Shown here in pieces: positions 24,755-37,660 of a stretch of DNA of 64,000 bases. The position numbers and the translations under genes are program-made. This DNA comes from Mobula hypostoma (lineage: Eukaryota). Below the pieces are notes generated by a model. That model saw nothing but the letters and a program-made list of their open reading frames with translations, was not told the DNA's origin and searched no databases. Where the stretch lies: positions 42,224,001 through 42,288,000 of the forward strand of contig NC_086108.1 in assembly GCF_963921235.1 (NCBI RefSeq), in the 5' to 3' direction. Within the stretch, counting starts at the first letter, position 1. The number at the start of each line of letters is the position of its first letter.

Positions 24755-27700
24755 AGACTTGAAAGTAAATTTATTATCAAAGTACCTAAATGTCACCATA
24801 TACAATCCTGAGATTCATTTTCTTATGGGCATTCTCAATAAATCCCTAATAGAATAATATTCATATTAGAATCCATGAAAGACTGCACCAACTCAGTCAG
24901 TTTGCAAAAGACAACAAACTGTGCAAATACAAAAAGAAAGAAATAGTAATAAAAATAAATAAGCAATAAATATTGAGAAATGAGACGACGAGTCCTTTAA
25001 AGTGACTCGATTGGTTGTGGGAACATTTCAATGAAGGGGCAAGTGAATTTATCCCCTTTGGTTCAAGAGGCAGATGGTTGAAGGTGATAACTGGTGGTGT
25101 GAGTCCTGATTCTTCTGTACCTTCTTTCTGATGGCAGCAGCAAGAAGAGAGCATGTTGTGGATGGTGGAGTCTCTCATGATGGATACTGCTTTCCTGTGA
25201 CAGTGTTTTGTGTAGATGTGCTCAATGGTGAAGAGAGCTCTACTTGTGATGGATTGGGCCGTGCCCTCTACTTTTTGTGGAATTTTCCATTCAAAAGTAT
25301 GGGTGTTTCCATACCAAGCTGTGATGCAGCCAGCCAATATACTCCCCACTATAGAAGTTTATCAAAGTTTTAGATGTCATGCCAAATCTTCACAAACTCC
25401 TAAGGAAGTAGAAGTGCTGCCGTGCTTTCTTTGCAATTGCACTTACGTGCTGGGCCCAGGACAAGTCCTCTGAAATAATAACATTGAGGAGTTTAAAATT
25501 GCTGACCCTATCCGCCTCTCATCCTCCAATGAGGCCTTGCTTATGGACATCTGGTTTCCTTCTCCTGAAGGCAATAATCAGTTTCTTGGTCTTGCTGGCA
25601 TTGAGTAAGAGGTTGTTGTTATGACACCACTCAGCTAGATTTTCAATCTCCCTCCTATATGCTGATTTATTACCAACTTTGATTTGTCCAATGACACTGC
25701 TGCCATCAGCAAACTTGAATATGGCAGTGGAGCTGTGCTTAGCCACACAGTCGTAAGGGTAAAGCGAGTAAAGCAGGGGACTAAGCACACAGCCTTGTAG
25801 TGGAGATGGTGGAGGAGATGTTGTTGCCGATCCTAACTGAAGAAATCAAGGATCCAGTTGCACAGGGAGGTATTGAGGCCAAGGTCTTGGAGCTTATTGA
25901 TTAGTTTTGAAGGGATGATGATATTGATTGCTGAATTGTAGGTGATCCTATTTAGTGTTATTATTTCTGATGACCTGTCCTGGGCCTGGCACGTAAGTGC
26001 AATTGCGAAGAAAGCACGGCAGCATCTCTTACTTCCTTAGGTGTTTGTGATGTTTCAGCATGATATCTAAAACCTTGACAAATTTCTATAGATGTGTAGT
26101 GGAGAGTATATTGACTGGCAGCATCACAGCTTGATATGTAAATACCAATGCTCTTGAATGACAAATCCTACAAAAAGCAGTGGATAGAGCCTAGTCCATC
26201 ACAGGTAAAGCCCTCCCCACCATTGAGCACATCTACATTGAATGCTGTCTCTGGAAAGCAGCATCCATCATCACGGACACCCATCACCCAGGACATGCTC
26301 TCTTCTCACTGCTGCCATCAGGAAGAAGGTACAGGAGCCCCGGGACTCACTCCACCAGGTTACTAACCCTGAACCACCAGCCTCTTGAACCAAAGGAGAT
26401 GACTTCACTCAACTTCAGTTGGCCCATCATTGAAATGTTCCCACAACTAATAGACTCACTTTCAGGACTCTTCATCTCATGTTCTTAATATTTATTGCTT
26501 ATTAATTTATTATTATTTCTTTCTTTTTGTGTTTGCACAGTTTGTTGTCTTTTTCACACTGGTTGAATGCCCAAGTTGGTGCTCTCTTTCATTGATTCTG
26601 TTACGGTTATTACAATTTATTGAATATACCTGCAGGAGAATGAACCTCAGGGTTGTATATGGTGACATGTATGTATTTTGATAAATTTACTTTTCACATT
26701 CAACTTTTGAACTTGAAAGTGCAATCCTGTTGTATGTATCTTTATTGTCCGGATGTTTCAGGGTTGAGTGAGGAGCCAATAAGATGGCTTCAGCTGTGGA
26801 CCTGTTGCCCTGTAGGAAAATTGGAGCAGATCCAAGTCACTTCTCAGGTAGGCGTGGATGTGTTTCATCACGAACCTCTCAAAACTCCATCAGTGATTGT
26901 AAGTGCTGCTAGATGATAGTCATTGAAGCAGGTTGCCAAGTTCTTCTTGGGCACCGGTATAATTGATGCCTAATTGAAGCGGGTGGGTAACTCAGGCTAC
27001 CGAAGTGAAAGGGTAAAGATCTCAGTGAACACTCCAGCCAGTTGATCAGCATAGGTTATTAGTTCTTGGCCATGTATCTCGCCTGGGTTGGATGCTTTTC
27101 ATGGGTTCACCCTCTTGAAGGCTGCTTGCACGTTGGCCTTAGAGACTGAAGTCACAAGATCATTGGGGCCTTTGGGAGTTCGTGATGGTTCCTCCATGTT
27201 TTGATGGTCAAACTGAGCATAGAAGGCATTCAGCTCATCTGCAAGTAAAACCCTATATGGCTTGATTTAACTTTACAAGAGGTGATAGTATTTAAGCCCT
27301 GTCACAAATCTTGAGCATCCTTTGTTGATTCAAGTTTAGTTTGCCACTTTGCCTGTGAGATGGCTTTCTAGAGATCATACCTGGACCTCTTGTAACTTTC
27401 TTGACCACCAGACTTTGACCTGGCCCTCAGCAGATTGTGGATCTTATGATTCATCCAGGGCTTCTGGTAGGGGAAAACTGAATGATTTTGTGGGGTACAC
27501 TCCTCTACGATTATTTTAATAAAGTCGGTGATAACCGTGGTGTATTCATTCAGATCCATAGATGAGTCCTTGATCACTGCCCAGTGCACTGACTCGAAGA
27601 TACCCCATAGCCGCTCCTCTGCCTCCGATGACCTCCTCTTTGTTGTCTTGATCGCTGAAGCTTTGTTCATTAGCTTCTACTTGTATGCAGGTAGGAGAAG

Positions 27701-27835
27701 GACAGCCATGTGATCTGATTTACTGAAATACGGTCCATGCATAGAATGATAGGCATTCGTTATCTTAGTATAACAGTGATCTCGTGCATTGGGACCTCTG
27801 CTGTTACAGATTGTATGCTGATGGTAATTGGACAA
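24755..27835 (-). mobile_element. Rex-Babar LINE (endonuclease C-terminus to 3' end), interrupted at about 25946-26715
   Basis: RGPN.RDHCYTKITNAY....PYFSKSDHMAVLLLPAYK, FP.QKPWM, LSPLLYSLY.YDC, KFAD, LLNASKTK. The RT reading DNKDTY..|I.YNSA.N.IIPSKL is continuous across the insertion. Confidence 0.85.
25946..26715 (+). mobile_element. Rex-Babar LINE 3' fragment inserted in opposite orientation into a related copy
   Basis: GV.ISDDLSWAWH, FYRCVVESILTGSITA, TPITQD/HALFSLLPSGRRYRS remnants; tail AAATTTACTTT...TTTTGAACTTGA. Confidence 0.85.
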
Positions 27836-28569
27836 TTCAGTTCTCATTGTAAATTGCAAGCAGTAAATTGAAGTTAAAAGCACAGGTTGCTCCACAGACT
27901 AAGAGATACAATTTGCAAAACGGCAACCATGAGATGTTTATATATGCTTCAGCCATTCTTTAAGACTATGGATTGTGTTAAATGACCTGTATCAGATAGG
28001 CAACATGGGCTAAGTTATTTGCATCATTGTGACTTGAGTTCAAGCTGGCAGACCAGACTGATGATGTTACTTAGCATATCAAACAACATGGTCACAGTTA
28101 TAAGCAAATAATAGTATTTTTGTATACTCAGAAACAGTCTTGACAACATTAATTTTGGGTGTCTGGAATTTCTGTACCCAGAAATTTGTAGATTATTTTG
28201 TGTGAATTACTTTGTGATGAAGTTATTTGAACCTTCAAGGGTGTCTGTCAGTGTAAATATGTAATTCAAAGGAAGCATTGTCAACCTAAAATATTGAAGT
28301 AAACGATATTATAGTAGCTATTGAAATTGTATTGAATCACCTGCTGTTACCTTTCATCTTCAGAGTATAAAGATGTGATGTACTTTTGAGTTTGTGAGGC
28401 TGTGTAGTTTGCCTCTGGAAGAATGCCTGCTTGTTGTGCTGAACAGCGACTTCTATCTCACCAGCTTCACTGTTTCATTCACAGTCACATTTAGGGGCCC
28501 ATCTGACCTACATTTGTGACCGTGTGTCCAGCAACTTAAGCATTTTAAGGTGATGAAAGGACCCCAACA

Positions 28570-29428
28570 GAGTGCTGCACCCACCCATTCACCTCCTCCC
28601 TCACCTTCATTCAGGATCCCGAAGAGTGCTTCCGGGTGAGGCAACACTTCACCTGTGAATCTGTTGGGGTCATCTGCTGTCTCCGGTGTTCCCAACACGG
28701 ACTTCTCTAGGTTGATGAGAGCCGGCATAGATAGGGCGACTGCTTTGTTGAGCACCTTCACTCCATCTGCAAAGGGCATGATTTCCTAGTGGCCAACCAT
28801 TTTAATTCCCATTCCCATTCCCACTCCCACATGTTAGTCCATGGCCTCCTCCTCTACTGCCACAGTGAAGCCACCCTCAGACTGGAGGAGCCTCCAACCT
28901 GATGGCATGAACATCGATTTCTCCAACTTCTTCTCTGAACAACACAGTTTTGCTTGGTGTTCCCAAATAAATTTCCTTTAGAAGTAGGTTTAATATCACC
29001 AGAATATGTCATGAAAATTTGTCAACTAAAACAATGAAACAAAAAACAGATTAATTGGTTACTCATTTCATTACAATTTATGGAGTTGTCTCTTCCCCTC
29101 ACTTGCCTATCACCTCTCCCTGGTGCCACCCCCCGCTTCCTTTCTCCCAAGGTCCACTCTCCTCTCCTATCTGATTCCTCCTTCTCTGGCTGTTTACCTT
29201 TTCCACCTATCATCTCACAACTTCCTATTTCATCCCCCCCCACTTGCCCACCCACCTGGCTTCACCCATCACCTTCTAGCTTGTACTCCATCTCCCCCCA
29301 CCACCTTATTCTGGATTCTTCCCCCTTCCTTTCCAGTCCTGATGAAGGGTCTTGGCCCGAAACATTAACTATTTCCATGGATGCTGCCTGACCTGCTGAG
29401 TTCCTCCAACATTTTGTGTGTGTTGCTA
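28570..29428 (+). mobile_element. Penelope GIY-YIG C-terminus and 3' UTR with degenerate hammerhead at 29334-29371
   Basis: FR.RQHFTCESVGVICCLRCSQ.GLL, ANHFNSHSHSH, PDGMNIDFSNF; CAGTC-CTGATGA-AGGGTCTTGGCCC-GAAAC-ATT. Confidence 0.85.
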
Positions 29429-29517
29429 AGTAATTTGTCGTTTTGACTCAGTAGTAGTTATACATAAATCTGTATGTTGCTATGTTATACATTAATCCCT
29501 CTGCTCCTTTAACTATA

Positions 29518-30336
29518 TTCAAAGATTCAAAGTAAGTATGGAGTACACAACCCTGAAATTCGTCTTCCCCAGACAGTCATGAAACAAAGAAGAATCACAA
29601 AACCAACCCATTCAAAGAAAAACGTCAAACCCCACTTCCCCATGTGAAAAATTGCATAAATGGTAACAAAAAAATTAGCAAAAACACTGAATATAAAACA
29701 CAAACTTAAAAGGCATATTTCAGTTCAGTTCAGCTCAGTGTTCATTATCTGCAGGCCACCCCATTCAAAAATCGACCAAAAATAGTAACAAAAAAACGAT
29801 TATAACTGTAAGAACTAGAGCACATTATAAACTGGAATTAGTGTCCAAGTGTACTATCCACGTCAATTAAACCTTGTTCTGGCCCCATCCACCGACGCCC
29901 ACCATCAAGGGAGAGAGAGATCACTTGAATGCAAGGAACGAGGGAACTTTCCCTCAGGAGCAGCAAGAGACCACCACATGCAGACACCTTCTCCAGCACC
30001 AGAAAGCGAGAGGCTGATAGATGGCGCTGAACACTTGCTCACCTCAGTGATTTCAGTCCTCCTTGGCGCTTTAATCGGCGAGAGACGAAGTCGATCATGG
30101 GCTTGCAGCCCCATCTCCTGGTTTCCTGGGCACCATGCCGTGCTTTTTGATAAGAGCCTCCTGGCACACTCTTGGAGACAGCAAAGTGCTTGATCACACT
30201 GCCAGAATGTAGATAATAGGCTCTAATAGTAGCAGAAACATATCTGAAATAAAAAGATGTAAAAGAAGTGAAAGGAATTGTTTTGTGAACCTTGAGGATG
30301 TCACATTTGGTAGTGTTGTTCACTGGCACCATCTTC
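29518..30336 (-). mobile_element. Non-autonomous retroelement (family shared with 21101-21973)
   Basis: Minus strand begins GAAGATGGTGCC and ends in (CTTTGAAT)n; similar throughout to 21101-21973. Confidence 0.65.
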
Positions 30337-30447
30337 TTCTGAATAAGAAGTAAAAATAAGAGTTACCTATTGCCTCAAAAACTGAAGAAAGCTCATTTTC
30401 TAATTTTGCATTAACAGATTGCTTCAACATGCAGTCAGTTTCTTTTT

Positions 30448-31392
30448 TCATAGTCATAGTCATACCTTATTGATCCCAGGGGGAAATTGGTTTTTGTTAC
30501 AGTTGCACCATAAATAATAAATGGTAATAGAACCATAAATAGTTAAATAGTAATATGTAAATTATGCCAGTAAATTATGAAATAAGTCCAGGACCAGCCT
30601 ATCGGCTCAGGGTGTCTGACCCTCCAAGGGAGGAGTTGTAAAGTTTGATGGCCACAGGCAGGAATGACCTCCTATGATGCTCTGTGCTGCATCTCGGAGG
30701 AATGAGTCTCTGGCTGAATGTACTCCTGTGCCCACCCAGTACATTATGTAGTGGATGGGAGACATTGACCAAGATGGCATGCAACTTAAACAGCATCCTC
30801 TTTTCAGACACCACCGTGAGAGAGTCCAGTTCCATCCCCACAACGTCACTGGCCTTGCGAATAAGTTCGTTGATTCTGTTGGTGTCTGCCACCCTCAGCC
30901 TGCTGCCTCAGCACACAACAGCAAACATGATAGCACTGGCCACCACAGACTCGTAGAACATCCTCAGCATCGTCCGGCAGATGTTAAAGGACCTCAGTCT
31001 CCTCAGGAAATAGAGACGGCTTTGACCCTTCTTGTAGACAGCCTCAGTGTTCTTTGACCAGTCCAGTTTATTGTCAATTCATATCCCCAGGTATTTGTAA
31101 TCCTCCACCATGTCCACACTGACCCCTGGATGGAAACAGGGGCCACCAGTACCTTAGCTCTCCTCGGGTCTACCACCAGCTCCTTAGTCTTTTTCACATT
31201 AAGCTGCAGATAATTCTGCTCACACCATGTGACAAAGTTTCCTACAGTAGCCTTGTACTCAACCTCATCTCCCTTGCTGATGCATCCAACTATGGCAGAT
31301 ACATCCGAAAACTTCTGAAGATGACAAGACTCTGTGCAGTAGTTGAAGTCCGAGGTGTAAATGGTGAAGAGAAAGGGAGACAAGACAGTCCA
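30448..31392 (-). mobile_element. Rex1/Babar LINE 3' fragment (relatively young)
   Basis: TVLSPFLFTIYTSDF...LQKFSD.SAIVGCI, LQLNVKKTKELVVD, SHPLH, RSFLPVAIKLYN; (ATGACT)n tail. Confidence 0.88.
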
Positions 31393-33310
31393 TGACACCA
31401 GGGGGAGAAAATGTAGTAATCATTGCATTAACACTAACTGGAATGAAATGAATAACCAATTAATCATTTTTTTTACTGTTTTAGAAGGACAATTATTTGG
31501 GGACACCATGCAATGCTGTGCTCAATGATACTTAGCATGCAATTTAATCAATAGAACAGAAAGGTTGGAATTTGGTTTAGTGCTTCAACCACATACTTTT
31601 TCAACAGGGTGAAGAGATTGGAATTTGGCATAGAGGTGGAAATTGATTTGTTATTTATGTTTTTTTTAAAAAGGAAGATAAATTTATAGGAAACAGTGGT
31701 AGTAACCAAATCTAGAGTTTAAAGTAAAAGTAAGGAAGAAGAAGTATAATGTTACTGGAACATTGGAAAGCAGGAAGTTATTTAGATGCTGAATAATGTT
31801 GATCCCTTTTCTCTCTAAAGGGGACTTTGTCCTATTTTGTAGTAACAATAACAAGATCATTCAATCCATTGGGTTATTGTCAGCTCCTAGGCAATCATAC
31901 TCTCAGTCCTCTTCCCCCTCTCATTATTTACCTGTTCCTCTGCATTTTATTCTCCTGCATATGTGCTCATTTACTTTGTTTTTTTGCGACTAACCTGTGC
32001 TAGAAGGTAACTTATTGTAGCCTGAATGCAGCATTTATATCAAGATGGAGGAACTGATGTCACTAGTAGTAATAATGAGTATGATCTGACTGCTTTACAA
32101 AGACATTACTTAATGATACTTTGAAATATAGTTAATGGGGGGAGAGGGAAGGATGACATCAAGACCAAACAGAGAAATGATTTTTGGAAGATCAAGATGT
32201 AGGATCAGTTGGGAAGGAGACAAAGGATGCTGGGAAAAGAAGGCAATGCTTGGGATAGTTTGCATCTCTCCTAACAAGGGCTATTATATAAAACAAAACA
32301 TAGTCAAGAAATAGTGTGTGGCTTCAATCACATATGCCAAGTTGGCAAAGGTAGTTATGTAAACAAATATGTTGTGCATTTATGACAGATTGTAAGAATA
32401 ATGCATTGTAGAGTGTATGAGAGTAGAGACTATTTTAGATCTGGTCATGTATATAATAGAGCAGAATTTATTAATCATTTAATTTGAAAGGATGCATAAT
32501 GGAATATCATAACGTTTCAGAATTTCACAGTCAGTCTGAAAGTGAGAAATTATGGCCTGAAAGCTGTGACCCGAACTTAAATTAAGGCAGTTAGAAGTCT
32601 GAGATGAATAAACTGGCTTGGGAAGATAAAATATTTACAAAGTATTTTATAATTCTCATCAAAATTACCTTGCACTGAGAACTAAAGGAATGGACGATCC
32701 ATATGTAGTGAAACTAATGAAGGAAGAAGTCAAATCAAAGAAAAATGCATATAATATTGTGAAAATTTGTTGACCAGAAAAATTAGAAGACATTGAAACC
32801 AAGGAGAGATGAGTAAAAAGGCAACTAGGAAGAAAATAGATTTTGAGAGTAAACTGGCAAGAAATACAAAATCAACAGGTAATGCTTCTAAAAGCCTCTT
32901 AAAAGTAAGATATTAGCTAAAGTAAATTTTGATCCCTTTGACACTGGGAATTAAAAAAAAATGTAAGGAAGGAATAGCAGATATCTTGAACAAAGGCTCC
33001 AAAAAACACCTCAATAAAGCACAAAATCATGGAGCGAAAGGGAGAGAGGAACTTAAACCATGGGATCCAAGGTGAATTACAAGTTTGGATTCAGATCTGG
33101 CCTGCCCATAGAAGACAGAGACTATAAGGCTGTTATTTTAGCTGCAGATCTGTGACTAGTTGTGTTCTGCAAGGGTTGGTGCTATGATCACTATTGTTGG
33201 TAGGGTATATCAATGATCTGGAAGAAAACGTTGATTGCCGGTTTAGCAAGTTTGCAAATGACACCAAGACTGGCAGAGTTGTGGACAGTGCAACCGTCTA
33301 TCAAAGGATA

Positions 33311-33829
33311 CATAGAAACGTAGAAAACCTACAGCACAATACAGGCCTTTCGGCCCACAAAGTTGTGCCGAACATGTCCCTACCTTAGAAATTACTAGAC
33401 TTACCCATAGCCTTCTATTTTTCTAAGCTCCATGTACCGATTCAAAAGTCTTTTAAAAGACCCTATTGTGTCTGCCTCCACCACAGTTGCCGGCAGCCCA
33501 TTCCATGCACTCATCACTCTCTGCGTAAAAAAAACTTAACTCTGGCATCTCCTCTGTCCCTACTCCCCAGCACCTTAAACCTGTGTCCTCTTGTGGCAAC
33601 CATTTCAGCCCTGGGAAAAAGCCTCTGACTATCCACACGATCAATGCCTCTCATCATCTTATACACCTCTATCAGGTCACCTCTCATCCTCCTCCTCTCC
33701 AGAGAGAAAAGACAGAGTTCACTCAACCTGTTTTCATAAGGCATGCTCCCAAATCCAGGCAACATCCTTGTAAATCTCCTCTGCACCTTTGCTATAGCTT
33801 CCACATCCTTCCTGTAGTGAGACGACCAT
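33311..33829 (-). mobile_element. Young CR1 3' fragment
   Basis: ORF 33514-33804 VQRRFTRMLPG..YENRLSEL.LFSLERRRMRGDLIEVYK; CATAGAAAC tail. Confidence 0.9.
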
Positions 33830-34261
33830 GGGATACACAGTAGTTCTGTTACAGAAATGGGCAGAGAAGTGGCAGATTGAATTTAATTGGGCAGGTTTGA
33901 GGTATTGAACTTCAGCAATGAATGGAGAAAGTAAACTGTTAATGGTGGACCTTTAATAGCATTGAGGTATAGAGGGATCTTGGGATCCAGGTCTATAGTT
34001 CACTGAAAGTGGCTGCACGAAGGAGTAAGGTGGGAAAGAAAGTGAATAGCATGTTTGCCTTTGTTGGTCAGGGTGATAAATATAAGAGTAAGGAAGTTAT
34101 GTTGTAGCTGTATGAAACTTTAACCAGAACATCCTTGTAGTATTATATACATTTCTGGTTGCCCCATTGTAGAAAGGACGTGGAGTCAGTGAAGAGGGTG
34201 CAGAAGAAAATTACCAGAGTTCTGCTGGGATTAGAGGGTCTGAGCAATATGAGAAAGGCTG

Positions 34262-34922
34262 ATCAAACCTTTACATCTTCTCACCCGCCTATCACTTTCC
34301 CCTGGGCTCCCTCCTCCTTCCCCTTTTCCTTTGGTACACTCTCCTCTCCTCCTATCAGATTGATTTTTCTCCAGCCCTTTAACTTTCCCACCCATCTGGC
34401 TTCCCCATCACCTTTCAGCTAACCTCCTCCCCCTCCCCCCCCCCCACTTGGCTTCCCTTATCACCTTTCGGCTAGCCTCCTTCCCTCCCCCCTCCAACCT
34501 CCCTGGTTACCTGGCTTCCCCTATCACCTTTCAGCTAGCCTCCTTCCCTCCCCCTCCCCCCAACCTCCCTGGCTACCTGGCTTCTCCGATCACCTTCCAG
34601 CTAGCTTCCTTACCCGCCCCACCCCCCCTCCAAAACCTGGCATTCCCCTATCACCTCCAGATCTTCCAGCTAGTCTCCTTCTCTCCCCCCCCCCCGCCCA
34701 CCTGGGTTCCCCTATCACCTTCCAGCTAGCCTCCTTCCCCTCCCTCCCCCCAACAATTATATTCTGGCATCTTCCCTCTTCCTCTTCAGTCCTGAAGAAG
34801 GGTCTCAGCCCGAAACTTCGACTATTTATTCATTTCCCTAGATACTGCCTGACCGGAGTTTCTCCAGTGTTCTGTGTGTGTGTTGCTTTGGATTTCCAGC
34901 ATCGACAGCCATTCTCATGTTT
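34262..34922 (+). mobile_element. Penelope 3' UTR with internal ~50-bp tandem expansion and near-intact hammerhead at 34787-34824
   Basis: About six imperfect copies of CCTGGCTTCCCCTATCACCTTCCAGCTAGCCTCCTTCCC(C)n at 34390-34750, then CAGTC-CTGAAGA-AGGGTCTCAGCCC-GAAAC-TTC-GACTA. Confidence 0.8.
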
Positions 34923-35425
34923 GAAATTTATGTTGTTACCTATAGAGTGTTGGAGGATGAGGGGAGACCAGATTGAAGAGTCTATACTTACCAGAGTGAT
35001 AGATGGGGTAGATGGTCAGGATCTTTCCCCTGGGTAGAAATATAAAACACCAGAGGACATGTTTTTAATGTTGGAGCGGGGAAGTTTAAAAGTGACCTGA
35101 GGGGCAAGTTTTTTACACAGAGAGTAGGTTCCTGGAGTGGGTTACCATGGGTAATAGTGGATGTAGCCAATTTAGTGGAGTTACAGAAGCTTTTAGATAG
35201 ACACATGAATATGAAGGGGATGGATATTGATACACAGGCAGAAGACATTTGGTATAAATTGGCATCAAGGTCAGCATGAGATCATGGGCCGAATGGCCTG
35301 TCCAGTGCTTTACTGTTCTATGTTCTCAAATCAATTACTCTCACCAAGAAAAATGCCAGGACAACTAATTGGACTAAGTGCTGAAGAGTTCCATGTTTTA
35401 AGAGAATTAGCTGCAGATATAGTAA

Positions 35426-37660
35426 ATATAATTATGGAGAAGGATAGGTCTGGATCCAGGGTTGAGATTTTTGATTGGAGAAAGGCTAACTTTAAGGAGA
35501 TGCGAATGGATTTAGAAGGAGTGGATTGGGACAAATTGTTTTATGGGAAGGATGTAATAGAGAAATGGAGGTCATTTAAAGGTGAAATTTTGAGGGTACA
35601 GAATCTTTATGTTCCTGTTAGGTTAAAAAGAAAAGTTAAAAGTTTGAGAGAGCCATGGTTTTCAAGGGATATTGGAAACTTGGTTCAGAAAAAGAGAGAT
35701 ATCTACAATAAATATAGGCAGCATGGAGTAAATGAGGTGCTCGAGGAATATAAAGAAAATACAAAGAATCTTAAGAAAGAAATTAGAAAAGCTAAAAGAA
35801 GATACGAGGTTGCTTTGGCAATTAAGGTGAGAATAAATTCAAAGGGTTTCTACAGTTATATTAATAGCAAAAAGATCGTGAGGGATAAAATTGATTCCTT
35901 AGAGTATCAGAGTGGACAGCTATGTGTGGAACCAAAAGAGATGGGGGAGATTTTGAACAATTTCTTTTCTTTGGTATTCACTAAGGAGAAGGATATTGAA
36001 TTGTGTAAGGTAAGGGAAACAGGTAGGGAAGTTATGGAAACTATGATGATTAAAGAAGAGGAAGTATTGGTGCTTTTAAGGAATATAAAAGTGGATAAGT
36101 CTCCGGGTCCTGACAGGATATTCCCTAGGATCTTGAGGGAAGTTAGTATAGAAATTGCAGGGGCTCTGACAGAATTATTTCAAATGTCATTAGAATCAGG
36201 GATGATGCCAGAGGGTTGACGTATTGCTCGTGTTGTTCCATTGTTTAAAAAGGGTTCTAAGAGTAAACCTAGCAATTATCAGCCTGTAAGTTTGACGTCA
36301 GTGGTGGGTAAATTGATGGAAAGTATTCTTAGAGATGGTATATATAATTAACTGGATAGACAAGGTCTGATTAGGAACAGTCAACATGGATTTGTGCGTG
36401 GAAGGTCATGTTTGACAAATCTTATTGAATTTTTTGATGAGGTTACTAGGAAAGTTGACGAGGGTAAAGTGGTGGATATTGTCTATATGGACTTCAGTAA
36501 GGCCTTTGACAAGGTTCCACACGGAAGGTTAGTTAGGAAGGTTCAATTGTTAGGTATTAATATTGAAATAGTAAAATGGATTCAACAGTGGCTGGATGGG
36601 AGACACCAGAAAGTAGTGGTGGATAACTGTTTGTCAGGTTGGAAGCTGGTGACTAGTGGTGTGCCTCAGGGGTCTGTGCTGGGTCCAATGTTGTTTGTCA
36701 TATACATTAATGATCTGGATGATGGGGTGGTAAATTGGATTAGTAAGTATACAGATGATACTAAGGTAGGTGGCATCGTGGATAATGAAGTAGGTTTTCA
36801 AAGCTTGCAGAGAGATTTAGGCCAGTTAGAAGAGTGGGCTGAAAGATGGCAAATGGAGTTTAATGCTGACAAGTGTGAGGTGCTACAAATTTGGTAGGAC
36901 TAATCAAAATAGGACATACATGGTAAATGGTAGGGCATTGAAGAATGCAGTAGAACAGAAGGATCTAGGAATAATGGTGCATAGTTCCCTGAAGGTGGAA
37001 TCTCATGTGGATAGGGTGGTGAAGAAAGCTTTTGGTATGCTGGCCTTTATAAATCAGAGCATTGAGTATAGGAGTTGGGATGTAATGTTAAAATTGTACA
37101 AGGCATTGGCAAGGCCAAATTTGGAGTATTGTGTACAGTTCTGGTCACCGAATTATAGGAAAGATGTCAACAAAATTGACAGAGTACAGAGGAGATTTAC
37201 TAAAATGTTGCCTGGGTTTCAGCACCTAAGTTACAGAGAAAGGTTGAACAAGTTGGGTCTTTATTCTTTGGAGCATAGAAGGTTGAGGGGGGACTTGATA
37301 GAGGTATTTAAAATAATGAGGGGGATAGATAGAGTTGACGTGGATAGGCTTTTTCCATTGAGAGTAGGGGAGATTCAAACAGGACATGAGTTGAGAGTTA
37401 GGGGGCAAAAGTTTAGGGGTAACATGAGGGGGAACTCCTTTACTCAGAGAGTGGTAGCTGTGTGGAACGAGCTTCCAGTAGAAGTGGTAGAGGCAGGCTC
37501 GATATTGTCATTTAAAGTAAAATTGGATAGCTATATGGACAGGAAAGGAATGGAGGGTTATGGGCTGAGTGCAGGTCAGTGGGACTAGGTGAAAGTAAGA
37601 GTTCAGCACGGACTAGAAGGGCCGAGATGGCCTGTTTCTGTGCTGTAATTGTTATATGGT
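35426..37660 (+). mobile_element. Young 5'-truncated CR1 LINE, ORF2 nearly intact
   Basis: Long ORFs 35227-36219, 36394-36897 and 36863-37588 with KSPGPD.I.PRIL, YMDFSKAFDKVPH, SGVPQGSVLGP, KYTDDTK, QFWSPNY. One TGA at a Trp position (36217-36219) and one frameshift near 36885. Confidence 0.95.

Larger units (their letters stand above)
32030..35325 (+). mobile_element. Old, heavily decayed CR1 carrying nested CR1 and Penelope insertions
   Basis: Remnants YINDLEENV....SKFANDTK and PHCRKDVESVKRVQKKITR; CR1 tail TACTGTTCTATGTTCT at about 35311-35326. Confidence 0.7.

Noticed and set aside
35227..37588. Longest ORFs (330, 167, 241 aa) as host protein-coding genes
   Set aside because: They are consecutive pieces of one CR1 ORF2 broken by a stop and a frameshift.
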